From Lineus longissimus (taxonomy: Eukaryota), in the NCBI RefSeq assembly GCF_910592395.1, contig NC_088312.1, forward strand, positions 2,997,858 to 3,061,857: DNA of 64,000 nucleotides, written 5' to 3'. Each line of letters starts with the position of its first letter. Position 1 is the first letter of the stretch. Positions 1-13,632 of the stretch are shown in pieces. A program made the position numbers and the translations under genes. The notes under the pieces are model-generated. The model worked only from the letters and a program-made list of their open reading frames with translations. It searched no databases and was not told the DNA's origin.

Positions 1-146
1 CCAAGAGCAGTAGAGGATCTCTTCCTTGTACTTCATTGAAGTTCATGGCATGAAGAGATGCATTTTAGCAAGCAGGGTGGTGTACTGTGACACAACAGAG
101 GTTATGTTATTTGAAGCTCATCTTTATGGCCTTTCCTCTTTTTCAG

Positions 147-202
147 GGGCGATAGAGATCGAGGCAGATTCGGACGCGGTCCATGGGGTGGTCCAGGCAC
201 GA
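147..202 (+). CDS. SYNCRIP: hnRNP Q/R (SYNCRIP-like) penultimate-2 exon: RGG-box segment GDRDRGRFGRGPWGGPGTR
   Basis: Acceptor tttcag at 141-146 and donor gtactt at 203. The RG-rich frame continues in phase into the next exon. Confidence 0.6.
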
Positions 203-580
203 GTACTTTCTTGATTATTCCATCAAATTGGGGGTGGACTATCCACTATCCATGATAACATTGGATCGAAAGGATTTCCACTTACTAACTAACTTCGGAC
301 TTGATGTTGAAGTCCTGTCGCATCCCCTGCATTACCTCCTCTATTTACTTCTATTCTGGGAATCCTTTATGGGGAATAATTAGAAAATTAGTCTGCTACA
401 AACATTCATGTTTTCTGTTACAAATTCAGCATTATTGACAGTGTGATATTAATGTATTAAGATCCTGTTCAAGGCAGTAATTTTGCCCTGTTGAAATGTT
501 TTAGTACATGTGATATTCGTATGATAACTTCCTGCTAAACATACAACTTTTCAGTGAAGATTTTTCTGTTTATTTTGCAG

Positions 581-750
581 ATATGTACTCTGACTACAAT
601 ATGTATGGTGGCTATGATCAGGGTTATGCAGGTGGCTACTTCGACCCCGTCTATGATGCCCCAGCAAATGATGATGGTTATGGCGACCCTAGCTATGGAT
701 GGGGATACCGAGGGGGACCCCCAAGAGGCCGAGGTGGCCCACGAGGCGTT
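581..750 (+). CDS. SYNCRIP: hnRNP Q/R C-terminal Tyr/Gly-rich exon (NMYSDYNMYGGYDQGYAGGYFDPVYDA...GWGYRGGPPRGRGGPRGV)
   Basis: Acceptor tattttgcag, donor GTT|gtaagt at 751. The composition matches the Y/G-rich and RGG region of hnRNP Q/R. Confidence 0.75.
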
Positions 751-967
751 GTAAGTTAAAGTTCTTTTCTTTGAGTAGTTGTCACTTTGACAGCAATGAT
801 TTTTGAGAGCAAAGAACTGTTTTTCTTCCTTTGAGTTGGAAAAGAAAATTGGTGGTTTCTCTATTGATCATATTCCAGGATTTTTGCAACGAGTGTTTGT
901 TCCACATGAATATGAACTTAATGTATAGAAGTTTTCAGTTGTGCATTGTTTTTTAAAACATTTACAG

Positions 968-1321
968 GGTATGCGAGGACCAATGGGAATGCGAAGACCT
1001 CGTCGGGGAATGCCTGTTGGACGTGGTCGGTCCGGTATGCCAGCAGGCCGTGGTGGCCCACCAATGCGAGGTGGTCGTGGTGCTCGTGGTGGTATGGGTG
1101 CTGGTGATGCCAAGCCACCAATGCGGGGAGGAGGTAAGCGCAAGGCGGGTGGTGACCACATCCAGGGTGGTGGCAAACGCCGTAACGTTCAGGATTACAA
1201 CAACCAAAATTGGGGTGAAACACCCATTCCACAGCAGCCTCTTCAACAGTCAACGTATGACTATCAAGGCGACGATTCGCAATGGTACACAGATTCATTT
1301 GGTGGTCAAAATTGGAACTAA
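968..1321 (+). CDS. SYNCRIP: hnRNP Q/R last coding exon (RGG repeats, GGGKRKAGG...NQNWGETPIPQQPLQQ...GGQNWN, stop TAA)
   Basis: Acceptor tttacag at 961-967. The tail GGKRKA..NNQNWG..PI.QQPLQ...QNW closely matches the conserved SYNCRIP/hnRNP R C-terminus. Stop at 1319-1321. Confidence 0.8.
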   Translation, partial: GMRGPMGMRRPRRGMPVGRGRSGMPAGRGGPPMRGGRGARGGMGAGDAKPPMRGGGKRKAGGDHIQGGGKRRNVQDYNNQNWGETPIPQQPLQQSTYDYQGDDSQWYTDSFGGQNWN

Positions 1322-2100
1322 ACCTTCTCAACCCACCTCCAAAACTTGGTGCCTATGGTGGCCAGTCATTTTTTGATAACCATCAGAAAACAGTATAATC
1401 TCGGACACCCATTGCAAAAAGGGGATTATTGAAGTTTCTTGGGATTATCATTCTTGCTTCAGGTGGAAGAAGGGATATCAAAAATGTTACTGTTTCTGTT
1501 CTAGAAACTCAGAGAAATATATCAGGTCATATATGTTTATGTAAATATATATCTACATATTCTTGAGCAGCTGTTTGAGAAAATTCATTATATAAAAAAT
1601 TCATTCAAAGTGGATTAGTTTTGAGCATGCTGAGTCGACAAATCCAGTCACGTGTGTATAGACCATATTCATAGACATCATTTTATGAAACATGAAGCTG
1701 AAGGCGTGGATTATATCTGTTATTATTTTCCTGCACTAAAAAAAACAACAAAAACTGCCAAAAAAACTTATCAAGATCCAAAAACTCAAAACTGAGAGAC
1801 AAAAGATCAGGAATATTTCGAAAAGAATTCGAAAGTCGCATATTTCTTTGATCAGATGATGCTTTATTGCCCAAATTGGCGACATTGTAGTGAGGATTAG
1901 CATATTATTATTTCTGTGTGATTGTGTCTTCAAAATTTGATCATCTGCATTGATTTTGTACTCGTACTACTGTTTTGATAGTGGAACCTGTATATTTTAG
2001 AATTGGATCAGTTCACCACAGTAGACTGCTTGTTTTACTTAATCATTTTATTCTGGCTTTGTCTCCGTGTCATTGGTGTAAGCTTGACGTTCAAACTGGA

Positions 2101-2110
2101 AATAAATAAA
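2101..2110 (+). promoter_or_regulatory. Candidate polyadenylation signal (aataaataaa) in the 3' UTR of the hnRNP Q/R gene
   Basis: An AATAAA hexamer in an AT-rich 3' region about 780 nt after the stop codon. Confidence 0.3.
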
Positions 2111-5100
2111 GTGTAATACGTTTTAAATTTTTTCTGATTTTTGCTATTTTTTTGGATATCGACTTCACAAAATTGAAATACAAAATTCTAATTTTTGTTG
2201 ACTCAGTGTGAAGCTTTTGATGTCCCAGATTCAGATGCTGAATGATTTTAACTATGGTGTAACCTGCTGTCCCTGGTTGTGTTCTACGTCTACTGGCTGC
2301 TGTCAGGTGTGGTGCCATTCGGGAAGCTTGTGTGTGAAGTGTCGCCAACCTATGTATTGTTTAGTAGTGATAGTGAAGACACTTTGCACGCATGCTTGAA
2401 GAATGGCCCCTAATTTACATCCATCCATGCCCGTTGATACTGTAGTTTTCAGTTTTGTTGACACTGGGCAAAAGCAATTGGGTAATAGATTATAAGGAAA
2501 CCACTTTGTCGCCATCCATTTTTGTGCAGTGTGAAATGTCGTCATGTTGCATTGGAGATTTTGAAATCTTCGGAATTACATGAAATGTCAATCGGCATGA
2601 TGTACCTTACAGTTTGCTGCAGGAAATATGTTGTGACAAAGTGGTTATGTTATCTGTGCTGCAACAATTTTAGGAGTACTGTTTTGCCAGGATCCTGATA
2701 TTATTCTTGACAGAAGCAGGCTTGCTGTATCCTGAATTACTGAAAATGAAGGCTGAATTTGCCTAGCATCGTAATTGTCCCCAAAAATGCAAATATATCG
2801 ATATGAACGATCAATAAATGTTTCTCAGATCTATTGTAAATTCAACAAGAATGAAAACATCAAAAAATCGCTCTGGTTTATATTCAGTAACACTTGATTC
2901 AAAGAAAACTGGTGTTTGTGTTACATGCACCATCCTGCAAATTGGAGCGTCGTCTCCAGACCAGAAGCTTTTGAAATTTTCTTTCTCTTGTCATTCATCA
3001 TGATGGTGGTAAAAACTGAAATTTGTTGTACACAAATAAAGATTTTCTATTTTGAAATTTCTAAGCTTTTTCATCCCATCGGTAAATTTTTTACCAATGG
3101 TTGTTTACGGCCTTGGGTGACGCTTTTCTCGAGAAAACTACAGATGAATACATGTGTACAAGTTGACATTGGAGATGAATTTGGTGTGATGTCTAGTGGA
3201 TGACCGAGACTGCTACATTATGAGACTGCTCTCATGTGTCCCCAATAAGCAACTGTTCTCCTTAAGAGTGAAGTGATGTTTCCCTTTGTTGGCTCGCACT
3301 CTATCGTGTGTTGTTGGCAGTGCAAGCTGTTTTGCAATTGAATAGTTTATTTCCATCTGAAATTTTCTCAAATGTCTACCCTTGGTTATTACAGCATGTA
3401 TAAATTCTATTGCTGTCACTGTAGTGGTTCAATATGTTAGTATTAGTGTGTTGTTGCAGCACAGGTAGGAAGTCCTCCAAGTCTCGCTTGAGAAAAAGAG
3501 TGAACAGAAGTAGTTCATTTGCTGCCAGCTTATAAAAAAGACCATTGCTCCTAAGTGCCTTCGTGCATTTACTGAAAGTGGGCTATAGAATGTACATTGG
3601 ACAGTATATAATGGAGCCGAAATTATGAAGTATTCCCCTATGGATTATTTTTTAAAGAACGGGTAAATAGCTGAAAAACGTCCATACCAGCAGTTGTCTA
3701 CTTTCTGTGTAATGGGAGTCCCAGAAGTTACTGATGGCGTCAATTTAAGTATGCCTGTGAAGAGTGTTAAAAGAACGTAATTTTGATGGTCTATGCTTTG
3801 ATAATATCCATTCATATGGACATGTGAATTGCGCTAGACACTTCAAAATGTCAAAGTCGGCACTGTAAGCTGTGAACATTACAGATTGCTGTCAGTTTAA
3901 CTCGGGACTCCTAAACATGAAGTAGGTGGTCTGTTGTTCCTTCCAAGCATCTGCAATTGTGACCCGTTCTCGCGCAAAATAAAAAGTGGTTTTAGAGTTA
4001 CCTTTTGAACGTGACCTTTATGGTGGCCGATGAATTGGTGTTTGAAAAATAGTTTGGTGTCGTGACTTGTCGTGTTATTCTCGGAACTCCAGAATGAGAT
4101 GGCGATTACATTTCTGTGTTTTCTTCAGACATGTCTGAAGGTGTAAACTATGTGTCGGTCAGTCACTTGTGTTGCAAAATTAGTGAAGCTAAACTTCATT
4201 CTGACATTTCATGTTCAAATTCGGAGGCAGGGAAAAATACATCTCGGCAAAAGGTAACTCCAATTCGAATGTATTGCATGTCTTATTCCGTGTGTGTCTA
4301 AACTGGTGCCTTACATAAGATGAATCTGCATAATCAATGTGACTGCAAATTTTTATCAAGCTGATCACCATGAGCCTCTGGGAGAAATACCAGTGCTTTT
4401 TCCTTGCCTACACAGCTTTTCTCAAAAATATGGCTGACCATCATTGAACAAAGAAGGTTTTTGCATGCTTGACTTCTGAAGAATATGGCTGAGTTATTGC
4501 TGGTAAGCTCAACCAATCACCAAATGTACTACTCTGCTGATGCAGCATACATTTTAATGAGCTGCTTTGGAGACTTCGAATAAAGAGAACATAGCCTCAG
4601 TTGTAAAATTGTCTGTCATTTCGCAATTTAAAGTCCATGTAAGGCACCAGTGTCCTTTTCATAATTTTGTTGCTACTGGTAACTAATTATGGCTTTTTCT
4701 TTTCTCTTTTTCTCCCCTTGTCACAAAAGCGAACTCCAAAAATTGATTGGAAATAACCAAAAATTATCATCCAGCACAAACTAAAAATAATTTGGAATAT
4801 GGCCTGATCACTTCAGTTTCAAAAACATTGTGCGATGTGCAGAAACATTTTTATTATTATTTCACATTTGATGGTATACATTTTGTGCTTTTGTAGAAAG
4901 AAAAACATTTTGAAAGTTTGCAGCTATTCATATAGTCATCAAAACTAAAAACTAGAAAAATTATGTTTATTTAGGATTATATAGTAAGCCAGAATTTGGG
5001 CATTTTATTTATGTGAGGAAAATGCATTGAGGAAATATGTCTTTTGCCATTGTGCACACTGCTGCAAACTGTCATCTGTCAGCATATGGAGTACTTGGCT

Positions 5101-6280
5101 TCATGATCTGGCTGTTTAGGAGGAACTGGAGGTTGGCGAAAGCTGGTCTTCGCAACAGCGCAAGTCCCATTGTCAACAAAGAGGAGCCAGTTTTTGTAGG
5201 CATCATACCCGTCAGATGATAGTGTTATGACGACAGCAGTGGACAACGCAATAGGACCATGAGGTATCAGGTAAATTTCAAGTGGAAGTCTGCATTGATT
5301 GTCACTCCACGGCATTATTGTTCTGATTCATAGGAAGAGACCCTGTCGGGCAGACTACATGTATTTTCTCCGACAATCCAAAATCTCACCAAAAAAATTG
5401 CGAAGTTTGCTGGATGCATATAAATATTCGTTTAAGTCTTAAAATTTCTGTGTTTTCTTTAATTATTCAAAATAGCCTTTTTGGCCTGCATGATTTCTCA
5501 AATCAATGGTATGATTCTTTTTATGCAAACATAGCCTGCCGGGGAGGTTGGTTAATCGCCTAGTTCATGCGATTTGGTACTTTGAATCGTGGGATTGATC
5601 TCAAATACTAGAAACCAGGTACTACAGTTCAATGATTTATACGTAGCTCCTAATTGCAGAGTTGGGTAACAAACCAAACTTGATGACAGGCTCTGTTGCA
5701 GAAGGGGTTTGAGTACCTTCCTGAGACTTCCTGCCCCAAACAATATTCTCGGGTGATTCAGCCTGTCGGCATCTTGAAGTTGCCCTACTTGTTAAACTGT
5801 GCATGTTGCTGTTGACACTCTGCTACCTACTGGAAGTTGTGGTCTTGTGAACGTGTCGGTTATCGTGCTTTTGATCAGATATCTTGGAAGTTGGGGATAA
5901 TTGACTGCTGGAGGCTAATCTGATGAACTTTCGGGGCAACAATATTCAATCAAAGGCTTGGGAGTGACCGCTGTCATAATTTCTTCGTCTTTAAGTAACG
6001 TTTTCTTTTCCCTTTTATAGAAGGAGGAAATGGAGACAGCCTTTGACAATCAGCTGTTTGCCTCTAAAATAATGCTAGTTACGGTAAGTATTGAGACATC
6101 CTTGTGGAATATATCATTCAGTGCTAATCTTTTCGCAGGCCGCAGCAAGACCTAATATCTTGTGTGTGCTTTGGGATTTCAGTATCATGCCATTTCAAAA
6201 CTATTCTTTTAGTATATGGCAGTGCCATTACCATCACAATGCTGGTGTGCCCCTAGGTTAGGTTTATAGGATATTGAATC

Positions 6281-6302
6281 GGGGGGGGGGGGGGGGGGGG
6301 GG
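6281..6302. repeat. G22 homopolymer tract
   Basis: 22 consecutive G read directly from the sequence. Confidence 0.95.
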
Positions 6303-9300
6303 ATGTATAGTTAAGGTCTTCTGATCCAATTCGCTACCTCCTTGGACAATGGCACAAGATTTGGAGTCATAACTCCAGATCTTCAGTTTGTTTTCTAATC
6401 TGGTGTGTTTTGCTTTGTAGGTGTTGCCCTTGCTACACATGGGGTTGTAGCAGGAGTTTGCTACCAGAAAGGAGAACAACAGTTGCCAGTGCCACATACA
6501 TAACTCAGGGACAATGTACATATTGGCAGCTCTTTTATACTAAGAACCGCTTCAAGAGTGGAGGTCATTGGATGATCCTTAGGGAGCTCATTTACAGCAT
6601 GCACCGGTGCATGGCTGCTCTTCACACCTCGTATTGAGTGTGTGCAGGCTATGGATCATCTCGTGATAGTAGTCGACAGTTGTTATCATGGTGTACTAAT
6701 AAGGATACATGATTTAACTTGGATGTGCAGATCATGATCGAATGGCAGTTAACATCTTTGAGGAAATAAACATTCGTTAAAAATGTTTTGAAAAGGTTCG
6801 GTAAATTCAACCAACACCTGATATTGTTCTCATCCGAGTGTCAGGCTGATTGTAGTAAAAGGGAAAAGCTGACTTAAAATGTTAAATCAAACTGACAGAA
6901 CATAATTGACGAGTAACTTTTGAAAGCACTCAACTTTTTCGTTTTGGATCTTGGTCTGTGCGCAAATGTGAATTTTCCCCAAAATTGTTACCTTGTGTAC
7001 AAATAATTCCATATTTTGAGATGAAATCTTGTATCGAAACAAAAAAGATGAGGTGCAATTGGCACCGGTCGCAGTTGTGTTTGTCAGTTAGATATGTTTA
7101 GATAGTCCGAAATTATTTCAAATAATTGAGACAGCTTTTTGGAACAAATGCTTTTGATACTGCGCATGGACCTTAGAAAAATGTATGAATCTAGTGAATA
7201 TTAAAAATTGATAATAAATATTGTATGAAACTTTTACTTGGCTAATGGTCATATTATGTAATTTTGTCATGAAAGTGTGTTGCACCCAGAGGGTTATGAA
7301 TTATATTTTGTATTTAATTTGAAATTAATATTTGTGAATGACTGACTATTCATTGCAAACTATGCAGTGTCATTTTGGGAATATTTTGCCCAATTACTGT
7401 AAACTTGTTCACAAATTTTGCTGTAGACTGTGTTTACTGCCAAAATTACAAGAGATTTTAGCGGGTAAATGTTGCGAATATTACCCGAGTTACAGTATAC
7501 TTTTTAAAAATTCGCCTTCATGCATGCAAGCCCTTGGGGTTGGGACTAATTGTGTTGTTTTAGATTAGTAATAGGGAATATGAAGCCAAAAGTGGCCATG
7601 GCTAAATAAGAAAATACAATTCATCTGATGGCACCTTTTCTGTTCTGATGGATTGCTCTGTATGAGTGTGGAACACCTTCACTGTTTTTTTGTTATATTT
7701 TACGAATGAATTGATGACAAACTAAAACGAAGCACAAACAGAAAACGTAATCTATACATGTATGTCATACTATTTGAAAAATCTTGATTTTTCAATTTTT
7801 TATCTAAATTAAGTTTGACATTGAAATTTGATTGTGTTTTCTGTGGAGATAAAAACCGTGAATACTTTCTGCTGTATATTGTGACTGCTTGTCTATATTT
7901 TTGTTCTGTAAACCACTGTACGTGTAGTATGTAAGGAAATGTGAATCTAGATATTTATCGAATACCATCAAACTGTAAAAATGTTCCATGAATTTCATGC
8001 TAAAGAATCCATTGTAAAATAAAACTGTTCTACACACACATATATTGCGAATGGGTGTCTTTGCAGTGTCAACTTGGAAGGTTTTGGCCATTTAACATGT
8101 TTTTTGTATTGATCATGAAACTGCACATTGCATTATATTATAGAATATATCTGTTTAATTTATTAAATTCGGTATGAACCATGTATAGGTATAATTATTA
8201 TTGAAACGTTTTGAAAGTGACAATTCAGGCCTATTAGAAAATCATATTCCAAATAATTAAAACATTTTAACTTGTGTCTATTTGAGAAATTTGGAATTAT
8301 TCAATAATGTGAAATTTTACTCATTTGCTTCAAATGTACTAGTATATTGGGAAATGTTATTAACATGTTGAAAATTGTATAATGATTTTTTTTGTGTATT
8401 TGCGACCTTGAAATGAAGAACAACATTACTGTTCCAGTGATCTTCTTCCTTGAGAGGATCTCTCTGATTCAGTCGGTATGGTGACATCATCATGTGGTTC
8501 TGCCTAGAAGTTTTTGGGACTTTCTTTTGACGAGGGTGGGTTAGAAGTATTGATTATTACTTTATGCTTACAAAACTTTCGGTAATGCATACGTTATGCT
8601 TCGTATCATCTGAAAAATAAAGGTTTCTTCATACACTTTGAACGTCCTTGCTGGAACCCCCAACATTTTGAAACCATTCTAGCTGTAAATTTCTCTCAGA
8701 TTTTAGTTGTTGATCAAAAATTGAAGTCCTTGTGTGTATCTTTGTCCTAATATTTTATTGCAACAACTTCAGAACCATTTGTTTTGAAACATTGACAACA
8801 AAAGGTTTTGTTCTGACCAATTCTGTTAGAAAGACAACTCAGGTCTGCTCAGAATACCAACCAAGTTTGGCCACCTGGGTATTTTTAGAATCTCTGTCAA
8901 TGTTGACAATAGGTTAAATGAATAATACATGTAATACCTCCAGTATCCTGCTCCTTGTGACTTGATAATAACTATGATGAATTTACAGTATAAACATTTC
9001 TTTCATTTGAAAGGTTGGGGTAAAACCTAAAAAAGCAAGGAATTCTTTTGAAAGTATTAACTGGGAGTCCCTCATGTACAGACGAAACGACCCTCATTAG
9101 GATGTGTTGGTGCATTATCACACTTGACTGCTCTTGGTAATTGGTTCCATTCAGCGCTGAATTTCAGCTCTTCCTCCAAAGTTAATGGTATTGCGAGTAG
9201 ACCTGAACAAATACACATTACTAGTATTTGCAAGTGGAGGGGATAAAACATACTGCACAATTCTGACACTGTGTGCTGTTTGTTGGCACATGTACAGGCT

Positions 9301-12225
9301 CTTTCTTGCCAGTGGTAACTTGCTAAGCAGTATTGGTCCTTATATCCTCTTCTTAGAAGTTCTGGTTATCATCTCCCACAAGCAATACAATGTATCAGCA
9401 TGAGGAGACAGAACGATAGCGATCGATCAGCCAGAATTTGATATGCACAACCCAATTGGGCAATTGAGATTTTCCTGGACTGCCTGTGATCAAACTTCTT
9501 CAGACCTTCGCTTGAATTGGATCACTTAGTGTAGCCAGGGAATACAGGCAAGAACAGAAGGGTTAAATTGGCCACCTTTGGGTGACTAATATGCACAGTA
9601 AGGGCACTAGGTCATGTTTGATTCACAGCTAAATATATTCCTCATACTAGCTTGTTAGCTGATAACATAATGTATGTGCATTGATGTACATGAAACAACA
9701 TGTCAACATGCTTTCTAACAACCAGGCCCAGGCTAGTTGATTGAAAACTAAGAATTTTGATACCAGTCTCTACAGGAAATCTGAAATAGGTAACTTGTTG
9801 CATGAACTTAAAAGACAGTGAAGTGATCTGACCTTGACAGGAACGAGAGCTAAAATAGAAGTAGGTTGAAACTTAGTGCAGTTGTGTGTGAATCTTTAAC
9901 CTCCCCTCTGGAGTGCAACATTGTGTGCAAGCTGTGATCATGTGCATTTATTGCTGTGATAATGTGAAGATCATGTCTAGTGGATGGATATACGTTTGGG
10001 TTATGTCGAATAAATTGTATATCATGAAAACTGATCTTGTCTTGAGTTCACTTTTGATGCCCATTCTTCCAGGAGAACAGGATTCTTACAGTTAAAGTGG
10101 ACTATTGTGTTTTAAAAATCCAAGGAAAACAAGCATAAAAAAGACCACTTGTGAAAGCTGAACCCATAGTTCTGACTTTGGACATCCTGCACAGGTCTGT
10201 GCTGGTTCCAACTGTCACCTTGTCCTTAGCATTTGCCTCGTGGTTCGCTCTTGCTGTGATAATGACGGCATCATATGCATGCTATTCCCAAAGGAATGGT
10301 GCCAGTGGTCAAATGACTGGAGTGTCCATGGCCAAGACACTTACATGCTGACTTTGTTCGATGTGCCATCTCTAGGTCTATAAAAAAGTATAAACGGGTC
10401 GCGCAAAGTTATCAACTTTCTTACGTGTGGTCCTTTAACAGCCCGTACACTGTCGCCATCTATAGTTGGGTTCTAAAAATAAATATGACCTAATTCCGAG
10501 GTCAAGGTCGAAAATATTACAATGGCGAGAACAAGATTTATTTGGCAGGGAAACCACCCAAAAATTATCTCTGAGACCCACGGTTGTTTATCAAAATGAG
10601 TTGATAAGTGAAACAGTAAGTATTGAGACTTTATTCTAAGCAACCAATATCGTTTGGTGAGTGAAATTAGCCCGAATCGGGTGCAAAATCGTTGACATTT
10701 TTTGTGATCCACCATCAAAAATGATCCATGATGAGGTCCTGGATCCGGCTGCAGCATGCATGTATTTATGCATGCATTGACTATGTTATGTACTTTCAGT
10801 TTTTAGTTCCAGTGCAGCGTGTATAGTTCACCCTCGGTTAAAAATCCCTGATCGGAAAAAGTTGGATCGCATTCAACTATATTAAATCCGTTGAACAGTG
10901 GCCAGCGCTTCTTTAGTCAACCTATGACCTTTTTTGGGCCTTGAACGGAACGGGGCCAATTGTAGACTCGTTCCTAACCCTTTCATTATGATAACATAGT
11001 CTGTCATACAAATAAATGGCTTGCTAAATAGATTGTCCCCATGACGTCGTCAAAGATGTCAGCTGGTACCGTTGAGTTTACTTTTGGCAGCACTCGGCAG
11101 GGCCAGGGGCCGGTCACCCTAACAGTAACAGCATCCACCACCATATCACTATCAGCGTCGACCAGGTTTATTAGTTTAAAGATGGTCGGGTATAAAGTCA
11201 TCAAAATAAAACTGAGTGCCATTAAGTAAACAAAATATTAAGTACATCATAAAATACATTTGCTGAAAACTTCATGTGTATTAATTAGTGTATTAATATT
11301 GGTAGAATTTAGGGGGTTGTGTACTTACAAGGAGGCCAAAGCACATTCCAAACCTGTGTGTGCATGTGTACAATTTTGAGTAGGGTTACATTTAGAAGCG
11401 ACCCCTTCACAGGAAGTCCGAACTATACATGGTGTCCAGTGAGTCAGTCCCTTCTGTTTTTCCACCACTGTATAATTACATAGTTAATACATGATGCTGC
11501 TAACACCCCTATCTGTTTGTAATTGATCTGTTGCATATCTTGCTCGCCACAATTCATGATCAGTTCATGGGCATGAATTGTCTGCTTCCCAACAATGTCA
11601 CAATGATGTTGATAGGTTGACCGGTCTTCACATCATTATCACTCTGTGATACAATGATGAAATAATGACACATTTTACCTTTTTTTTTCTCTCTGCGACA
11701 GTTTTGTGATTACAATTCCTGCTGAGTGTCCTTGTTTCAACATAATCTGTTATATACTCACTAGAGTATGATTGATCAAGTACCAGTGCACGGATGTTGG
11801 CAACTTTGATAATGGGGATGAACAGGCTTTGTTAGGTTATGCATAATTACACTGTAATTATGTCTGTGTGAGTTCTATACTTTTATCAGGAAGCCATGTA
11901 TGTTTGAAACCAAAATTGTGGATAGGTGTATTTATTTTCAACTGGCCATCTCATTTTCATGTTCTACCAGTGATTGTACACATTTTCAGAGTGTTACCAA
12001 CCGTGGATATTCTGAATCACTTCCAGAGTTGTTCCCTTTAGAGCTTCCACACATACACAGCGTTCGTGTGATGAAGTCTTGAGAGTGAGAATCAACAATT
12101 ACAAGATCAAAAGATTGCAATAGGAATTTGTTACATGCTTCTTATGTACAACCTTCTTATCATTACAGATTGACATCTACATGTAGTGTAAGACATCTGA
12201 GGGGCCGAAGGGTGTATCCTCCACC

Positions 12226-13632
12226 ATGGGCTGTACAATATCCACGGGGGAGAACGACTCCAACCCAAGGTTATTCAACGTGTACAATGTCGATGATCAG
12301 GGCCAAGAGTTGACACCGGGAAAAATAGAAGTTGGAAACACAGAACTGATTCTTTACCAAAAAAATAAGGAGCCTATTCGATGGCCCTTGCGTTGTGTTC
12401 GGCGGTATGGCTTTGATGCCGAACTGTTTTCTTTTGAAAGTGGGCGAAGGTGTCCCACAGGACCTGGAATATATGCTTTCAAATGTAAAAAGGCTGAAGC
12501 TTTGTTTAATTTACTGCAGGAATGTATACGGCTGGCTGGGCAAGAAGAACAGGAGCGCTACAACGCTTCTAGCTCTTTACCCATGAATGCCATGAGTGTA
12601 TCTCGAAATGATTCCCTAGAAACTGCTCAGACAACTAATGCTGGTAATTTATTGAACAGTAATATGTTTCCATCTCAAGGAGAGGAGCCCGCATCACCTG
12701 GTCACCATTATGTGAATGGAGATATTGCTTCTAAACTTCCTCCAGGACCCAGTGACAGTCGGGTCGCCTCAGATGAGGAAGGGGACCATGAGTACATGAA
12801 CGCTAGGTTACCTCGGCCTCCAAGTGAAGAAGCTGAGCTGATCCCTCTGGCTGATTTGAATGGGGTTCGTGTGGAAGTGGAGGGGGTTGCTGAACCTGAG
12901 GATATTGAGGATCCTGCTTCATGTGTAAATTACGCTGTATTAGATTTACCGCAAAGTATGGAAAGTCTGAGCCATGACACAAATGTTGCCAATGAACGTG
13001 ATCGTAAGGCAAGTGCCTATAGTACGGACTCTGATACACCACAGACAGTTGCTAATTATATGAACCTAGACTATGTTCCCGATGAGGCTGGCACTGCAGC
13101 TTCTGCACAACAGGACTCAACATACGTGAATGTTAATTCTGAGGGTGTAAATCAAAATGGTACACGAGCTGGGCGAAGGGGCAGTAGCACCAGTAACAAT
13201 CTTTTGAAGCGGACTTTACAAAAGCAAGCTTCGCTCGAACAGCATAATTATGCTAATCTTGACCTCATGCCAAATGGCAATGGCACAGCACCGCCGGCTG
13301 CACCGAGACCTCCGATAGCTACGGTGACAGTTCCACCGTCTGCTGCAGCCGCCGCAGCTGCGGCCCGAAGCAACGCTACAAGGAATGTCAACTATATCCA
13401 GCTCGACTTGGATCATAACAGTGATGTCTCAAGTGTAACCAGTACATCGCCAGCATCACCTAGAAGCATCGGATCAAATGGCCCGGAGTCGCCTGTTAGA
13501 CGACCAATGGAATCGTATGCCACCATAGATTTTGACAAAACTGCTGCTTTATCCAATTCTGCTAAAGCATCCAATGATGAAGGGTCGCGGAGAACGCGGC
13601 ATAGTAGCACCGTCAGTGACCCTTCTTACTAA
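12226..13632 (+). CDS. FRS2: FRS2-like FGF receptor substrate / docking protein, complete CDS in one exon (468 aa)
   Basis: MGCTIS gives N-myristoylation Gly2. The PTB domain ELILY..RWPLRCVRRYGFDAELFSFESGRRCPTGPGIYAFKC..AEALFNLLQE closely matches FRS2/FRS3. Multiple Y-x-N (Grb2-type) and Y-[IV]-x-[LV] motifs are present. The C-terminal NYIQLDL...YATIDFDKTAALSN...RRTRHSS matches the FRS2 tail. A Kozak caccATGG precedes the start. Confidence 0.9.
   Translation: MGCTISTGENDSNPRLFNVYNVDDQGQELTPGKIEVGNTELILYQKNKEPIRWPLRCVRRYGFDAELFSFESGRRCPTGPGIYAFKCKKAEALFNLLQECIRLAGQEEQERYNASSSLPMNAMSVSRNDSLETAQTTNAGNLLNSNMFPSQGEEPASPGHHYVNGDIASKLPPGPSDSRVASDEEGDHEYMNARLPRPPSEEAELIPLADLNGVRVEVEGVAEPEDIEDPASCVNYAVLDLPQSMESLSHDTNVANERDRKASAYSTDSDTPQTVANYMNLDYVPDEAGTAASAQQDSTYVNVNSEGVNQNGTRAGRRGSSTSNNLLKRTLQKQASLEQHNYANLDLMPNGNGTAPPAAPRPPIATVTVPPSAAAAAAAARSNATRNVNYIQLDLDHNSDVSSVTSTSPASPRSIGSNGPESPVRRPMESYATIDFDKTAALSNSAKASNDEGSRRTRHSSTVSDPSY

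Noticed and set aside
918-1331. 137-aa and 102-aa minus-strand ORFs plus a 119-aa plus-strand ORF overlapping the hnRNP Q/R last exon
   Set aside because: They are antisense or alternative-frame artefacts of a GC- and Gly/Arg-rich coding exon, producing Pro/His-rich products; the hnRNP frame has clear homology and splice sites.
6011-6073. Short exon-like segment ag|AAGGAGGAAATGGAGACAGCCTTTGACAATCAGCTG..ACG|gtaagt
   Set aside because: It has good splice signals and an ATG but encodes only 21 aa with no recognisable similarity and no partner exons found.
10370-10760. 94-aa minus ORF in an odd-composition segment
   Set aside because: No homology recognised and no splice signals; possibly a degraded repeat or pseudogene, but the evidence does not support a call.
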